A stretch of DNA of 59,689 bases, the filler included. It is 6 parts of 6 records of this genome, joined end to end, with 100 filler letters (N's around TTAATTAATTAA, not from the genome) between each part and the next. Parts side by side here need not be neighbours in the genome. Positions count along the whole stretch, not along the records: positions 6,122 to 13,530 come from SRR31147125_7637; positions 13,631 to 22,716 come from SRR31147125_7650; 4 more parts are not named here. The stretch is one strand, 5' to 3'. A program made the translations under genes and the position numbers. Position 1 is the stretch's first letter; each line of letters begins with the position of its first letter. The notes below the pieces were generated by a model. The model was not told where the DNA came from. It ran no database searches and worked only from the letters and a program-made list of their open reading frames with translations. This document shows positions 9,483-20,025 of this stretch, piece after piece.

Positions 9483-9527
9483 AAAAGGCGTAAAAAGGTC
9501 TCTTTATTAACCTGTTTACGCCTTTTT
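9483..9527. terminator. Bidirectional terminator-like hairpin
   Basis: AAAAGGCGTAAA...TTTACGCCTTTTT inverted repeat flanked by A and T tracts. Confidence 0.6.
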
Positions 9528-9736
9528 AATAATCAGTCATAGGAGCACCCCAGCTCAGTATACCAACATCAAAATAGCTTTAATTTATTTTTAATTACCT
9601 GCACTATACATAAAATATTCAGGAATTTCAAGCAATTTTTAAGAGCTGCAATAGCCTCAAAATAGATTCTATAAATTAACAATACAACCGGCCATTTCAG
9701 ATTGGCCTCTCCTGGATCTGAATTTATAAAAAATCT

Positions 9737-10696
9737 TTATTTCACCTCATCAAAAATAAATAATGTGGATTCGTTGTCTTGAGGAACAAAATAGAGTCGT
9801 ATGCGATGACCAAACAACTCGCAAAAGAATGGATTTCGGCTCATCACCTCCCCTGATTCCAGCCATTTTTGCACAGGAAGTTGAAACACCGCAACCATTA
9901 AATCCAGATCGACCAGCTCCAGCCCGCCTATGGCAATATGCCCTGCATCAGGACTATTATATCCTTTCAGACCACTGCAGAGCATATAGTTGCCCCCTGC
10001 ATATTGGCAGTCCTGATAATCAATATAAAAAGTCCCGTTACGTTGCATCTCATAATCTGGCATCTTCAAAGAGTCCTGTTTTTTCTCCCATCCATCCAAA
10101 ATCCAGGTATAAAACCGTCGCGATCCCCAACTCACACCAACCAGGATATTGTTTTGTCGATTACGGACTATCGCACCTATATGATCGTCAAAATCGAAAA
10201 CCCTGGTAGCTTGCATTGTGTTTGGATCCACCTTGTAAATCATGGAGCGGCTATCCGGCCGGTACTCGGCCACAGGCACCCAGATCACTTCTCCATCAAA
10301 ATCAATACCACCGGGATGATAAACGGTGCTGTCACCCAGGATAACCTGATCTAATAGATTACCCTGCTGGTCAAATTTAAATAAATAACCTGTTCCCATG
10401 CCTGTTCCGCGGGTGTGCCCATCTTTTGGATGTGCATATCTTTCCGGTCTCCTTATGGTCTTTACAGAGGACATGTAAAAATAATCTCCAATCTTGACCA
10501 TTCCCTGAGGATGATAGGTGTCAAACTGTAGTTTGATCTTGCCCAAAAGCTTCCACTCTGTCTCCCGGCTTAAATTTTTAATGTGTTGAACGAGTTCAAT
10601 GGATTTGTCACTCTTTTCACATGAATTGACTGCAGGGATTCTGGCATGCATCATCATGGTATTAAAAAGAACAAATATTATCAGGCGTCTTTTCAC
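9737..10696 (-). CDS. Secreted DUF6454-like (probable beta-propeller) protein
   Basis: Signal-like N-terminus; FDTYHPQGMVK, YHPGGIDFDG, PVAEYRPDS, DHIG, SWGSRRFY and DYQDC motifs. Confidence 0.7.
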   Translation of the reverse strand: MKRRLIIFVLFNTMMMHARIPAVNSCEKSDKSIELVQHIKNLSRETEWKLLGKIKLQFDTYHPQGMVKIGDYFYMSSVKTIRRPERYAHPKDGHTRGTGMGTGYLFKFDQQGNLLDQVILGDSTVYHPGGIDFDGEVIWVPVAEYRPDSRSMIYKVDPNTMQATRVFDFDDHIGAIVRNRQNNILVGVSWGSRRFYTWILDGWEKKQDSLKMPDYEMQRNGTFYIDYQDCQYAGGNYMLCSGLKGYNSPDAGHIAIGGLELVDLDLMVAVFQLPVQKWLESGEVMSRNPFFCELFGHRIRLYFVPQDNESTLFIFDEVK

Positions 10697-10749
10697 AAGG
10701 TCTCTCCTGTTTTCCTGGCATTCATTGCAGCCGGGTAAGTTTTCAAGTC

Positions 10750-11754
10750 CTATCTTATCATGTCTAAAAAAGTTTGATCCATATGTAATTCAGCCAAATC
10801 CGAATCCTTTTCCGCTTGTTTTTTTAAATTGGGATTATTGGTAATAGCCCTTTTAAGCGCCTCTAAAGCTTCTAATCTTTTTCCTGCTGCCAACCGGATG
10901 ACAGCCAAATCATACAAAACCTCGGCATTTTCAGGCGCTAATTGTCCGGTGCGTTCCATGTGTGGTAAAGCTTTAGAATATTCCTTTGCCTGAAAAAGGG
11001 TCCAGGCTTCATTCCAGCTATAATTCATTTGCGCATAATTTAATAATCGCCCCAGTTCCACAAAAGGTTTTTCATGATCATCCACGCGAATATCAATAGC
11101 CCGATCCGTAAAACCACCATAACCGGCGTTCTTTTTCACAACGAGCAGCGCCGCGGATTGTTTGCCGCGCGAATCTCCACCTTTATTGTCTCCTGCCACC
11201 AGCGCGGCATAAAGCCGGTCCGCCAACGTACCCTCTGTTTGCAGAAATGTTTTTTCCATGGCCAGTACAACATCTTTTCCAGCAAGAATATTACCTTGCG
11301 CTGCATAATTTAGGCCACTGACGCCTCCAGCCCAGGCAAGGCAGTCTTTACCCGTGTATGTAGCCGATTGACCGTTTGCCGCGACAATAGCAAACTGCCT
11401 CCTGTCAGGATCTTTATCATTGCGTAACAGGATGTCCACAATTTCCTCTGGAACAGCACCTTTTTCAAGTAACTCTAATCCACGCCAGCCAAACGAGGTG
11501 TTGGCAAAGGATTGGGTGGCCACAGCACCAATATCTGCTTTGGCCCAGGGAACCACAGTGCCGACTGCAAAAAACCGGGAGGCCACGGCAACACCCAATT
11601 CGCCATTTAGCGAATCACGGGCGACGATCGAAAAAGTGGATATATTTTGAGAATTTTTCCCGGCCTGAAGTACTGTTGAGTAAAAGAGTAGGAATACCAG
11701 AATAGATATAAAACGGACCGGATTGTTGTTGCACTGCCTTTTTATATTTCTCAT
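10750..11754 (-). CDS. DUF1028 (Ntn-hydrolase-like) protein with C-terminal TPR
   Basis: TFSIVARD...GVAVAS...GAVATQS, AAQGNILAG, GGDSRGKQSAALLV and DIRVDDH; TPR-like helices at the C-terminus; signal peptide. Confidence 0.9.
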   Translation of the reverse strand: MRNIKRQCNNNPVRFISILVFLLFYSTVLQAGKNSQNISTFSIVARDSLNGELGVAVASRFFAVGTVVPWAKADIGAVATQSFANTSFGWRGLELLEKGAVPEEIVDILLRNDKDPDRRQFAIVAANGQSATYTGKDCLAWAGGVSGLNYAAQGNILAGKDVVLAMEKTFLQTEGTLADRLYAALVAGDNKGGDSRGKQSAALLVVKKNAGYGGFTDRAIDIRVDDHEKPFVELGRLLNYAQMNYSWNEAWTLFQAKEYSKALPHMERTGQLAPENAEVLYDLAVIRLAAGKRLEALEALKRAITNNPNLKKQAEKDSDLAELHMDQTFLDMIR

Positions 11755-11793
11755 AAAAACCTCTCTTTTGATAACAGGATCAAAACAGATAAA

Positions 11794-13329
11794 TTATTCA
11801 TAACCTTTTTTACCATCAACCGGCAAAATGATCTGAAACGTGGTTCCCTGACCCGGCTCACTCTGTACGATTATGTCTCCTCCATGATCCTGGATGATCT
11901 GCTGGCAGATTGCCAGTCCCAGGCCGGTGCCAACACCCACGCCCTTGGTCGTAAATCCGGGATCGAAGATTCTTTTCACATTTTCTTTTTTAATACCTTC
12001 GCCGCTATCTTTAAAAACGATATAAACCTTTCCATCTTTGACATGAGTTTTGACCAGAATATCCCCCTCTTTCCTGATGGCCTGATTCGCGTTGATAATC
12101 ATGTTCAAAAATACCTGGTTGAGTTGGCCGGGATTGCAATAGATCTTTGGCACAGGTCCATACTGTTTTGTTATTGTCACAGATTCTTTGATATCATTTT
12201 GAATCAATGCCAGGGTATCATCCAGTCCTGAATGGATATCGACCTTTTGAAACTCTGCTTCATCCAGACGAGCGAAACTTTTTAATTTTTTGACAATGGA
12301 CATGATGCGGCCTGTACCATCGGTCAGGATATCGTTACCATTATTCAGAACATTTATTATTTTATTTATTTTTTCAGTATGAGCCAGATCAGGCATGGCC
12401 GAAACAACTTCTTTTAGCTTATCCAGGGCCCTTTTATTGGTTTGTATCGTACTTTTTACCGCGCTCAAAGGATTATTGATCTCATGCGCCACGCCGGCCA
12501 CCAATTGTCCCAGCGACGCCATCTTTTCCGTCTGCGCCAGCCTGGCCTGAGCATGTCTCAACTCACGTGTGCGTTCCTCGACCTTTTTCTCCAAAGAAAC
12601 ATTCAACTCATCCACCTGCGCAAACTGATATCGAACAATCGCAATATAAAACATGATGGTCGAAACTGGCAAAGCAAGAAAAGTAATCAATGGCTTTTGG
12701 ACACCGAATAGAGGCAGCAAAATATTCAACAAAATGGCTGGAATAAAAATAAGGTGAAAACCAAGAATATTAAGTATCAAAAATTCCCGGAAATTCTTAT
12801 CCCGAGATTTTCGGTAACCTATTATCAAAAAAGATGAATTCCTCAGAGTACCCATTAAAACAATAAAAGCTAAAACATAGAACAGCGGTGTATAGGAAAC
12901 CCGAATAGGTCCGAAACCGGATATTTGAATATCCTCAATGACGAGCTTGCTAATAAAAAGCGTTCCAAGTAATATAGCATTAAAAGATACAAGAATATTA
13001 AAGGCCGTTCCCAATGTGACTTTTCGCCCAAAAAACTTTATGGATTTATCGATCCGGCCGGTCAAAATAAAAGCATAATAATTGGCAAAGCCAAGTGACA
13101 AAATAGCAAATATCGGCGCTATTCGAATGTAATGATAAATCGCGATTTCATCATCAGAGATTGTCAATAAATAAGTCAGGGCAGAAACAATGGTTAGTGA
13201 AAAACAAAAAAGCGCAAATATGCGATATAATAACTCTCTCTTCCTCGAGAGCAACGCAACAATGCCCAGAGAACCCATAAAAAAAGCACTGAGAAGAGGT
13301 GGAAAAGATTGAGGATGGAAAGAGTCCAT
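11794..13329 (-). CDS. Membrane sensor histidine kinase (about 7 TM, NtrB-like kinase core)
   Basis: EKMASLGQLVAGVAHEINNP H-box; LNQVFLNMIINA N-box; DSGEGI, FDPGFTTK and GTGLGLAI. Confidence 0.92.
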   Translation of the reverse strand: MDSFHPQSFPPLLSAFFMGSLGIVALLSRKRELLYRIFALFCFSLTIVSALTYLLTISDDEIAIYHYIRIAPIFAILSLGFANYYAFILTGRIDKSIKFFGRKVTLGTAFNILVSFNAILLGTLFISKLVIEDIQISGFGPIRVSYTPLFYVLAFIVLMGTLRNSSFLIIGYRKSRDKNFREFLILNILGFHLIFIPAILLNILLPLFGVQKPLITFLALPVSTIMFYIAIVRYQFAQVDELNVSLEKKVEERTRELRHAQARLAQTEKMASLGQLVAGVAHEINNPLSAVKSTIQTNKRALDKLKEVVSAMPDLAHTEKINKIINVLNNGNDILTDGTGRIMSIVKKLKSFARLDEAEFQKVDIHSGLDDTLALIQNDIKESVTITKQYGPVPKIYCNPGQLNQVFLNMIINANQAIRKEGDILVKTHVKDGKVYIVFKDSGEGIKKENVKRIFDPGFTTKGVGVGTGLGLAICQQIIQDHGGDIIVQSEPGQGTTFQIILPVDGKKGYE

Positions 13330-13530
13330 GATAGAAAATATGCCTTTGTTTAATGTCCGATGAAAACGTTATGGTGACTTGTTTATGTTTATCTTATAAC
13401 GTAACGCCAAATTACGAGGAATGCGCAGTGCCAATCAGTAATTTTTTCCAGGTATATAATTATAAACGCTTGAACGGTTATAGCACAGTGATATTATAAA
13501 AAGAGATATTGTCAATAGTTGTGGATCAAA

Positions 13531-13630
13531 NNNNNNNNNNNNNNNNNNNNNNNNNNNNNNNNNNNNNNNNNNNNTTAATTAATTAANNNNNNNNNNNNNN
13601 NNNNNNNNNNNNNNNNNNNNNNNNNNNNNN
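13531..13630. other. Artificial contig linker
   Basis: N run with TTAATTAATTAA. Confidence 0.99.
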
Positions 13631-14317
13631 ACAGTTTGTTATTTTAACATCTTTACAGTCGGTAATATCCAAACCATCATTATTCCAATAAGCTGTGCTC
13701 TGCACTGTAATTCCATTAATAGTTATATCAGTACAGCCATGATAATCCTGTACCCAACCCGATGAGTTTTTAAGTGTAACATCACTAACATTTACCTGAG
13801 AGCATGAGTCAATAACCATTATCATTGCCCGATGTCGTGGTCTTTTTACCAGCCATGTTGAATCTTCTTGAAGTTCACCACTCCTGAGTTTCTTAAAAAC
13901 ATCCAGCATCAACTCCTGCCCCCGCCCATCTATAGTTCCTGCTCCAGTGACAGAAATATTTTTTTGATGTTTGGCATATATAAGCGGACACCTAGCGACC
14001 TCTGCATATTCAGAATAGTTAATTGGACCAAGCAGGCAAGCTCCTTGCTGCAGGTGTAATTCAACTCCTGTTTTTAGAAAAATTGTACCTGTCATGAAGT
14101 TTCCGGGAGGAACAGTTACTCGTCCGCCTCCACTTTCTGAAACTTGATCAATAAGCTGTTGAATTATTTCTGAATTATTTGTTTTACCATCAGCAACAGC
14201 ACCATATGTTGTAATTAGCTTTTCTTTTGATGATTGACAGCCTAACATAAAAAGGACAGTTAGAAGAATAATTTGAATAAATCCAAATCTTCTTCTGTTA
14301 AAAGATATCTGATTCAT
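13631..14317 (-). CDS. GH28 polygalacturonase-family lipoprotein, 3' end cut by the contig end
   Basis: YGAVADGKT, GGGRVTVPPG, ITGxGxIDG-type motif, NNDGLD; lipobox MLGC. Confidence 0.85.
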
Positions 14318-14353
14318 TTGTATGAATTGTAATGATTAAAAAAGTAAGAATAA

Positions 14354-15903
14354 TTAATTGAGTATTTTGACACGTTGATTTTCGACTTGAATGTTTGCCT
14401 GTGTTACTTCTTTCAAAATGAATTGCTTTTCTTCATTTTTTGTTACAATCATTTTTGAAAGATTTAATCCAGCTACATCATCAAATACAAAGGCTGGACG
14501 ATAATCATATTCCTCTGTTTTGACAAAAATATTTTTCATCGTCAACCCTTTTGCATGTCTCACATAAAAAGCATGAGCTGGCAGTTCACCAAACATGGAA
14601 AACTCAGGGTAAGCTTTAACTTTTTCCGGAACCTGATCTAATCTTGAAAGTGGAACATAAGCCATTCCTTTTGTAGCCCTCCCGGGTAAGCTTATTTCAA
14701 CATCTTCAATCAACACATTCTCGATATAATGATTAGGTATTCCTACAATAGATGAAGGGAATGGGTTATGGAAAAATTCACCTCCGGCCCTCGTAGATCA
14801 TAGTTGATATCGGGTCGACCAAATGGTATCTGCACCTTCACATTTTTAATTGAGATATTTTTTACCGTTCCCGGTTTCTCACCATCACGATGTCCCAATC
14901 TTATAAAAATTGCATTTCCTGTATTTACTGCAACAATATTTGAAACCTTAATATTTTCAATATCGCCTCCGTCAACCGATTCAATAGCTATGGCTGAACG
15001 AAATGTATCGAATACCCTGATGTTTTCAATAGTTACATTTTTAAACCCACCATAAGACGCTGTTCCAAACTTAATTGCACTGGCACTGCTTCGGATGGAG
15101 CAATTTGCAATGTAAATACTGTCGTTGAAATGGCCTGGATAATAGGACTTTAAACAAATACCATCATCAGCAGAATTTACATCACAGTTGGTCACTTTTA
15201 CATTCCGGCAGTCTGTAATATCCATACCATCGTTATTCCAATAAGCCCGGTTCGTTAGCTTCAAACTATCAAGAACCATATCTGAACATAGTTCGAATGA
15301 TAATCCCCAACATGCACTATTTTTTAAATGAAGTCCTTTTATACGTATCCTTTTGCACTGTGAAAATCGGAATAACTTAGGTCGGGCTGTTTCATTAGGA
15401 CGCATCCTTCGTTTATTGTACTTAGGATCAATACGAACACCCTCATGATGGAGACTGTCAATATGTAATGCCAAAGCCAAGCCCTGACCATCAATCATTC
15501 CCTCTCCAGTAATACTAACGTTTTGAGCCTTGTAAGCCATCAAAAAAGCCATCTGTGAATTATCATCTTTCTTCGGACTTTCTGGGCGACCTTCTGTATT
15601 CATTTCATTATAATGCTCTGGATTAATACTTCCCAGTAGTACCGCACCTTCTTCTAAATACAAATTTACATTCGACTTAATTTGTAAACTTCCTGATAAA
15701 TATTTGCCAGCAGAAAAAATAAGCGTTCCACCACCATCATTAAAAATCTGGTCAATTGCTTTTTGAATAAGCCCAGTATTTAACGTCTTTCCATCGGGTA
15801 TTGCTCCAAAGTCGGTAATTTTATATTTATGAACAGCTCCACAATCAAAATGCTTTAAGAGCAAAAAGGTAAGGGCAATTATTATAAATTTAGTTGGCTG
15901 CAT
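14354..15903 (-). CDS. GH28 glycoside hydrolase, frameshifted at 14772-14776
   Basis: NNDGMD, ADDGICLKS and IKFGTAS. One extra T in the T5 run gives ..VNFFHNPFPSSIVGIP.. continuing into ORF 14354-14716 (YPEFSMFGELPA). Confidence 0.88.
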
Positions 15904-15911
15904 TCTAGTTT

Positions 15912-18242
15912 TTATTTTATTGATCTTTCCATTCCCCATCCTTTATTCGGTTCAGCTGCCATGTTCAGAATCAAATCACATCCGCTAACTATTTCTTCAT
16001 GTGAGATGCTCCATTGGTTAAGTTCTTTGTTGTTTAAACTTGCCGATTGAATGTATCTGTTGTTCTTTGAATTATTTTTAGTTGTTATCGTAACCCTTTC
16101 CCCGGAATAATAATCAGGATTTAAGTGAATTGTAATTTTTTTAAAAATTGGACTACCCAACTCATAAACAGGTTCTATTTCACAACCACCTTTTATTGAA
16201 AACAAGCCTATTTTCATGAGTACTGAAAGCGCCCCCATTAGTCCCTGATCTTCGTCTCCATTAAAACCTCGTTGAGTACTGAGTCCTTCATAAACTGAGT
16301 GAACCACCTCGCGCGACCAATATTGTGTTTGCCATGGTTGATCCAGATAATTAAAAATAAATGCAGTTTGAATAGATGGCTGATTTCCATAGTTGATAGG
16401 AATCCGACTATATTCAGGATGATGTTCCAGATCGTGAGAAGTTCCAACCGTAAATCCAAGTTCTTTGGCTTTCTTAAACGAGTTGTTTAATTTTTTAGCA
16501 GTAGCATCTTTACCTCCCATCAAATTGGCTAAACCAGATAAGTCTTGTGGAACAAACCAAGTTGACTGAGCTGCATTTGATTCGTTGAATCCATGTTCCC
16601 TCTGGTAAGGATCAAAATCTTTATACCACACACCTTTCACATCCTTAGGACGCATCCACCCTGTTTCTATATTAAATACATTTTTATAGTTTCCCGAGCG
16701 TTTCAAAAAATATTGATAGTCCAAATCATATCCCATTTTTTTAGCCAACTGTGCCAAAGTCCAATCCTGGTATGCATATTCCATAGTCAGACTGGCTCCA
16801 TCCTGATGAAAGCCAAACTCCCCTTCAGGAATAGGATAAGGCACAAATCCATTTTCAAGATAATGCTTCAACCCACCTCCTTGAGCTGTTTTATGCTCGT
16901 ATCCAGCTTTTTCCATGATACCTCCAGGCATGTGACCTTGCTTTAAAGCCTGATAAATTTCTTCCAAATTATCTTTAACAATTCCTTTCTGAATAGCACT
17001 AACTATAAATGGGGTTGCTGAAGCTCCAGTCATTACAAAAGTATAATTCCCTCCTGATGGTCCGCGAGGAATCATTCCTCCATCTCGATAGTATTGCATG
17101 AGTGAATTTACAAACTCATCCATCATTTCAGGATATACCAATCCCCAAAGAGTATTTATTGTCCACTGAGCACCCCAAAATGCATCGGAATTGTAATGAT
17201 TAAATATAGGTTTTCCAGTTTTATCTAAAGGCAACTGCCCAATACGAAAGTTATCGCCCATATTATCTGGATAAGCACCATTTACATCGCTAATGATACG
17301 ACGCCCCTGTAGAGCATGCCACAAATCAGTATAAAAACGTTGCTGCTGATGTATTGTGCCGCCATCAATCTCAATTCGGGAAAGCAATTTATTCCACTCA
17401 TCCTGCGATTCATGAACCACTCTTTCAAAATCCCAATCAGGCAATTCCTGTAGCATATTAATTTCTGCATTATCAGTTGAAGTATATGAAATAGCTACTT
17501 TCATTAAAAGTTCACTCTTTTCGATCTGTTCAAATAGAACTAGATAGTTTCCCGTTGCAGTGTCTTTTTTTACCTGCGAGATTGGCTGACTAAATTCAAC
17601 ATTAAAAAATACGGAGCAATCCTTTGGGCGTCTAATCGTAGAAGCATTAACTACTTTACCTATTAGTTTTTTAGAACCTACCTGTACTAAATCTCCATCC
17701 TTCATAAAGCTAGGTCCCAGCTGTCCATTCAAATTAAAAAGCACTGCATTTTGTTCTTCATTTCCGAACTTATACTTATGAAATCCAACTCGCTTAGTTG
17801 AGGTTAATTCAGTTGCAATTTGAAAACGGTCGAGTTTTAAATAATGATAACCTGGAGTGATAACTTCGGTTTCGTGTGCAAATTTTGATGAGAAGTCTGT
17901 AAATATATTTGATGTATTTTTATCGTTAACAGTAACTGGCATAACAGATAAACCGGACAATTGCCAGGCATGCACATGGCTAAAACCTTTTACCGTATCG
18001 GTATTATACCGATAACCACTTCCCCATGCTCCTCCGGTCTGAGTATCAGGACTCAGGTTTACCATACCAAAAGGTCGACTAGCTGAAGTAAAGAAAAACC
18101 AACGAGAATTGGCAGTATCAACGATTGGAAATACCTGATCAACCGGCCTTAATTGATCATTAGTTTGATTACAATTAACCATTATAAGGATAGTAAAAAT
18201 CAAAACTAATATAACTTTAAACTGAGTTGGTTTAAGTTTCAC
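15912..18242 (-). CDS. GH92 alpha-mannosidase-family protein
   Basis: PFGMVNLSPDT, GFSHVH, SLTMEYAYQDW, FNESNAAQ, GNQPS and GDEDQGLMGA. Confidence 0.9.
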   Translation of the reverse strand: MKLKPTQFKVILVLIFTILIMVNCNQTNDQLRPVDQVFPIVDTANSRWFFFTSASRPFGMVNLSPDTQTGGAWGSGYRYNTDTVKGFSHVHAWQLSGLSVMPVTVNDKNTSNIFTDFSSKFAHETEVITPGYHYLKLDRFQIATELTSTKRVGFHKYKFGNEEQNAVLFNLNGQLGPSFMKDGDLVQVGSKKLIGKVVNASTIRRPKDCSVFFNVEFSQPISQVKKDTATGNYLVLFEQIEKSELLMKVAISYTSTDNAEINMLQELPDWDFERVVHESQDEWNKLLSRIEIDGGTIHQQQRFYTDLWHALQGRRIISDVNGAYPDNMGDNFRIGQLPLDKTGKPIFNHYNSDAFWGAQWTINTLWGLVYPEMMDEFVNSLMQYYRDGGMIPRGPSGGNYTFVMTGASATPFIVSAIQKGIVKDNLEEIYQALKQGHMPGGIMEKAGYEHKTAQGGGLKHYLENGFVPYPIPEGEFGFHQDGASLTMEYAYQDWTLAQLAKKMGYDLDYQYFLKRSGNYKNVFNIETGWMRPKDVKGVWYKDFDPYQREHGFNESNAAQSTWFVPQDLSGLANLMGGKDATAKKLNNSFKKAKELGFTVGTSHDLEHHPEYSRIPINYGNQPSIQTAFIFNYLDQPWQTQYWSREVVHSVYEGLSTQRGFNGDEDQGLMGALSVLMKIGLFSIKGGCEIEPVYELGSPIFKKITIHLNPDYYSGERVTITTKNNSKNNRYIQSASLNNKELNQWSISHEEIVSGCDLILNMAAEPNKGWGMERSIK

Positions 18243-18311
18243 AGCAGAATTTTTTTGTTAAAAATTGTCAAATTCAGATACTATTTGATCCTGCAAAAGC
18301 AAAGATAGACC

Positions 18312-18357
18312 AAAAAATATTCTAGACAGTCTGCAATGCAGCAACCGTCTAGAATAT
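18312..18357 (-). terminator. Stem-loop/terminator after susCD
   Basis: ATATTCTAGAC (18317-18327) / GTCTAGAATAT (18347-18357) followed by a T tract on the minus strand. Confidence 0.65.
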
Positions 18358-18369
18358 ATTAAAAATCAA

Positions 18370-20013
18370 TTAATTATACCCAGGATTTTGCTCCAAAGAA
18401 TAATCAGTTAATAAGATTTCTGAATTCGGTATTGGTCGTAATAGGTAATGATTGTCAATACTTGAATTATGCAAAGACACATGAGGGTTGTTTGCAACTA
18501 CTCTTTCCGACAATTTACCAGTACGTTTTAGCTCAAACCAGCGAGATGTTTCTCCTGCTAATTCACGAGCATATTCATCTAAAATCAAGTTAATATCAAC
18601 ACTGCTGATTTGCAATTCTCCTTCGTGCCCTGATTTTTCAGCTCTACTTCTTATGGTATTAACCCGGTCAACAGCTGTTGCATTATCTCCTGCATTCAAA
18701 TACGCTTCTGCAGCAATCAGATAAGTTTCAGCCAATCTATACAAGAAAACATCCCGGGTTCCTTCACCCTCATCAGTAAAAGGAGCATTCAGATCATCAA
18801 ATTTTTTGAAGAATGGAAACTGAATATTCGTAATATCACTCGTTTCATAACGATCATCCTGATTAAAAACCCAATAATTAACAGCATCTTTTTCTACATC
18901 ACTCCATGCTTCTTTAGGAAAATAAATAACAGTATCACCCACTTCAATTGTCCACCCATTATATGAATCAATGGCATTTGCCAACACTGCACGACGAACT
19001 GTTGCATCTTCTCTTGCATCTACATTTGAATACAAATTATAGAAAAAATCAGTAGGCATCAATGTATTTAATGGTTTTCCATAAGAACTCGTTCTTGTTA
19101 ATCCAGGATAAGCATCATATTGAAATTTCAATATCTGATGTTTGTTATTCCCATCGCCTCCACCATTTACAATATTGTTGTATTGATAGTCTGTTGTAAA
19201 TTGTACACTAAATATGATTTCACTATTAACCTGATTATTGTAATCCATCACTTCTGCGAAATCATCTAATAACTGATAAGATCCTGAATTGATTACCTCA
19301 TCTGCCAAAGCAGCAGCAGTTGCAAAATCAGATGAACCTGCAAAGCTTTCGTAGCCTTTTGTCAAATATACTTTTGCCAGCATATGCTTAGCAGTTCCTT
19401 CGGTAATCCGACCAAACTCTTGAGTTGTTGCAGGCAAAGCAGTAATTGCGGATGTAAGTTCATCAATAATAAAACCGTAAACTTCTTCTGCTGAATCTCT
19501 AATAAAATCAGTGCTGATAGTTGATATTTCTTCTTCAACTATAGGAACGCCTCCAAATTGTTGAAGTAAAAAGAAATAATACCACGCACGAATTGTTTTA
19601 ACCTCAGCAATTCGTAATGATTTAGCAGATTCACTTAAATCCGCAATTTCTTCAGCTCTTGAAATAACTGCATTACATTCAGCAATACATGTATATGTAG
19701 TTTTCCAGGTTGTCTCTACAGTTCCATCAAACGATGTTATATTTGTATAATCATTCAATGGCAAATCACCTTCAATCCGACCATTACGAGTAAAAATATC
19801 GGTACCATACATATTGATTGTATTGAAACGTGCAACACTTCGGAGACCACTATATGCAGAAACGACTAGTTCTTCAAACTCAGACTCTCCAGTTAGAAAA
19901 GTTTCATCCGTTACACTCGAATAGTTCTGCTCTTCAAGAAAGCTATCACAAGATGTAATTCCCAGCAAAATAATTATTCCTAAAAGGTATATAAATTTAT
20001 TTTTATGTGTCAT
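18370..20013 (-). CDS. susD: SusD/RagB-family outer-membrane lipoprotein
   Basis: Lipobox ITSC; RAWYYFFLLQQFGGVPI; RLAETYLIAAEA; ELAGETSRWFELKRTG; ends in QNPGY. Confidence 0.95.
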   Translation of the reverse strand: MTHKNKFIYLLGIIILLGITSCDSFLEEQNYSSVTDETFLTGESEFEELVVSAYSGLRSVARFNTINMYGTDIFTRNGRIEGDLPLNDYTNITSFDGTVETTWKTTYTCIAECNAVISRAEEIADLSESAKSLRIAEVKTIRAWYYFFLLQQFGGVPIVEEEISTISTDFIRDSAEEVYGFIIDELTSAITALPATTQEFGRITEGTAKHMLAKVYLTKGYESFAGSSDFATAAALADEVINSGSYQLLDDFAEVMDYNNQVNSEIIFSVQFTTDYQYNNIVNGGGDGNNKHQILKFQYDAYPGLTRTSSYGKPLNTLMPTDFFYNLYSNVDAREDATVRRAVLANAIDSYNGWTIEVGDTVIYFPKEAWSDVEKDAVNYWVFNQDDRYETSDITNIQFPFFKKFDDLNAPFTDEGEGTRDVFLYRLAETYLIAAEAYLNAGDNATAVDRVNTIRSRAEKSGHEGELQISSVDINLILDEYARELAGETSRWFELKRTGKLSERVVANNPHVSLHNSSIDNHYLLRPIPNSEILLTDYSLEQNPGYN

Positions 20014-20025
20014 TTTCTCTTATTT

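Noticed and set aside
9535-9575. TPP riboswitch or tRNA fragment (GGGGTGC on the minus strand)
   Set aside because: No downstream CTGAGA/ACCTG core and no cloverleaf.
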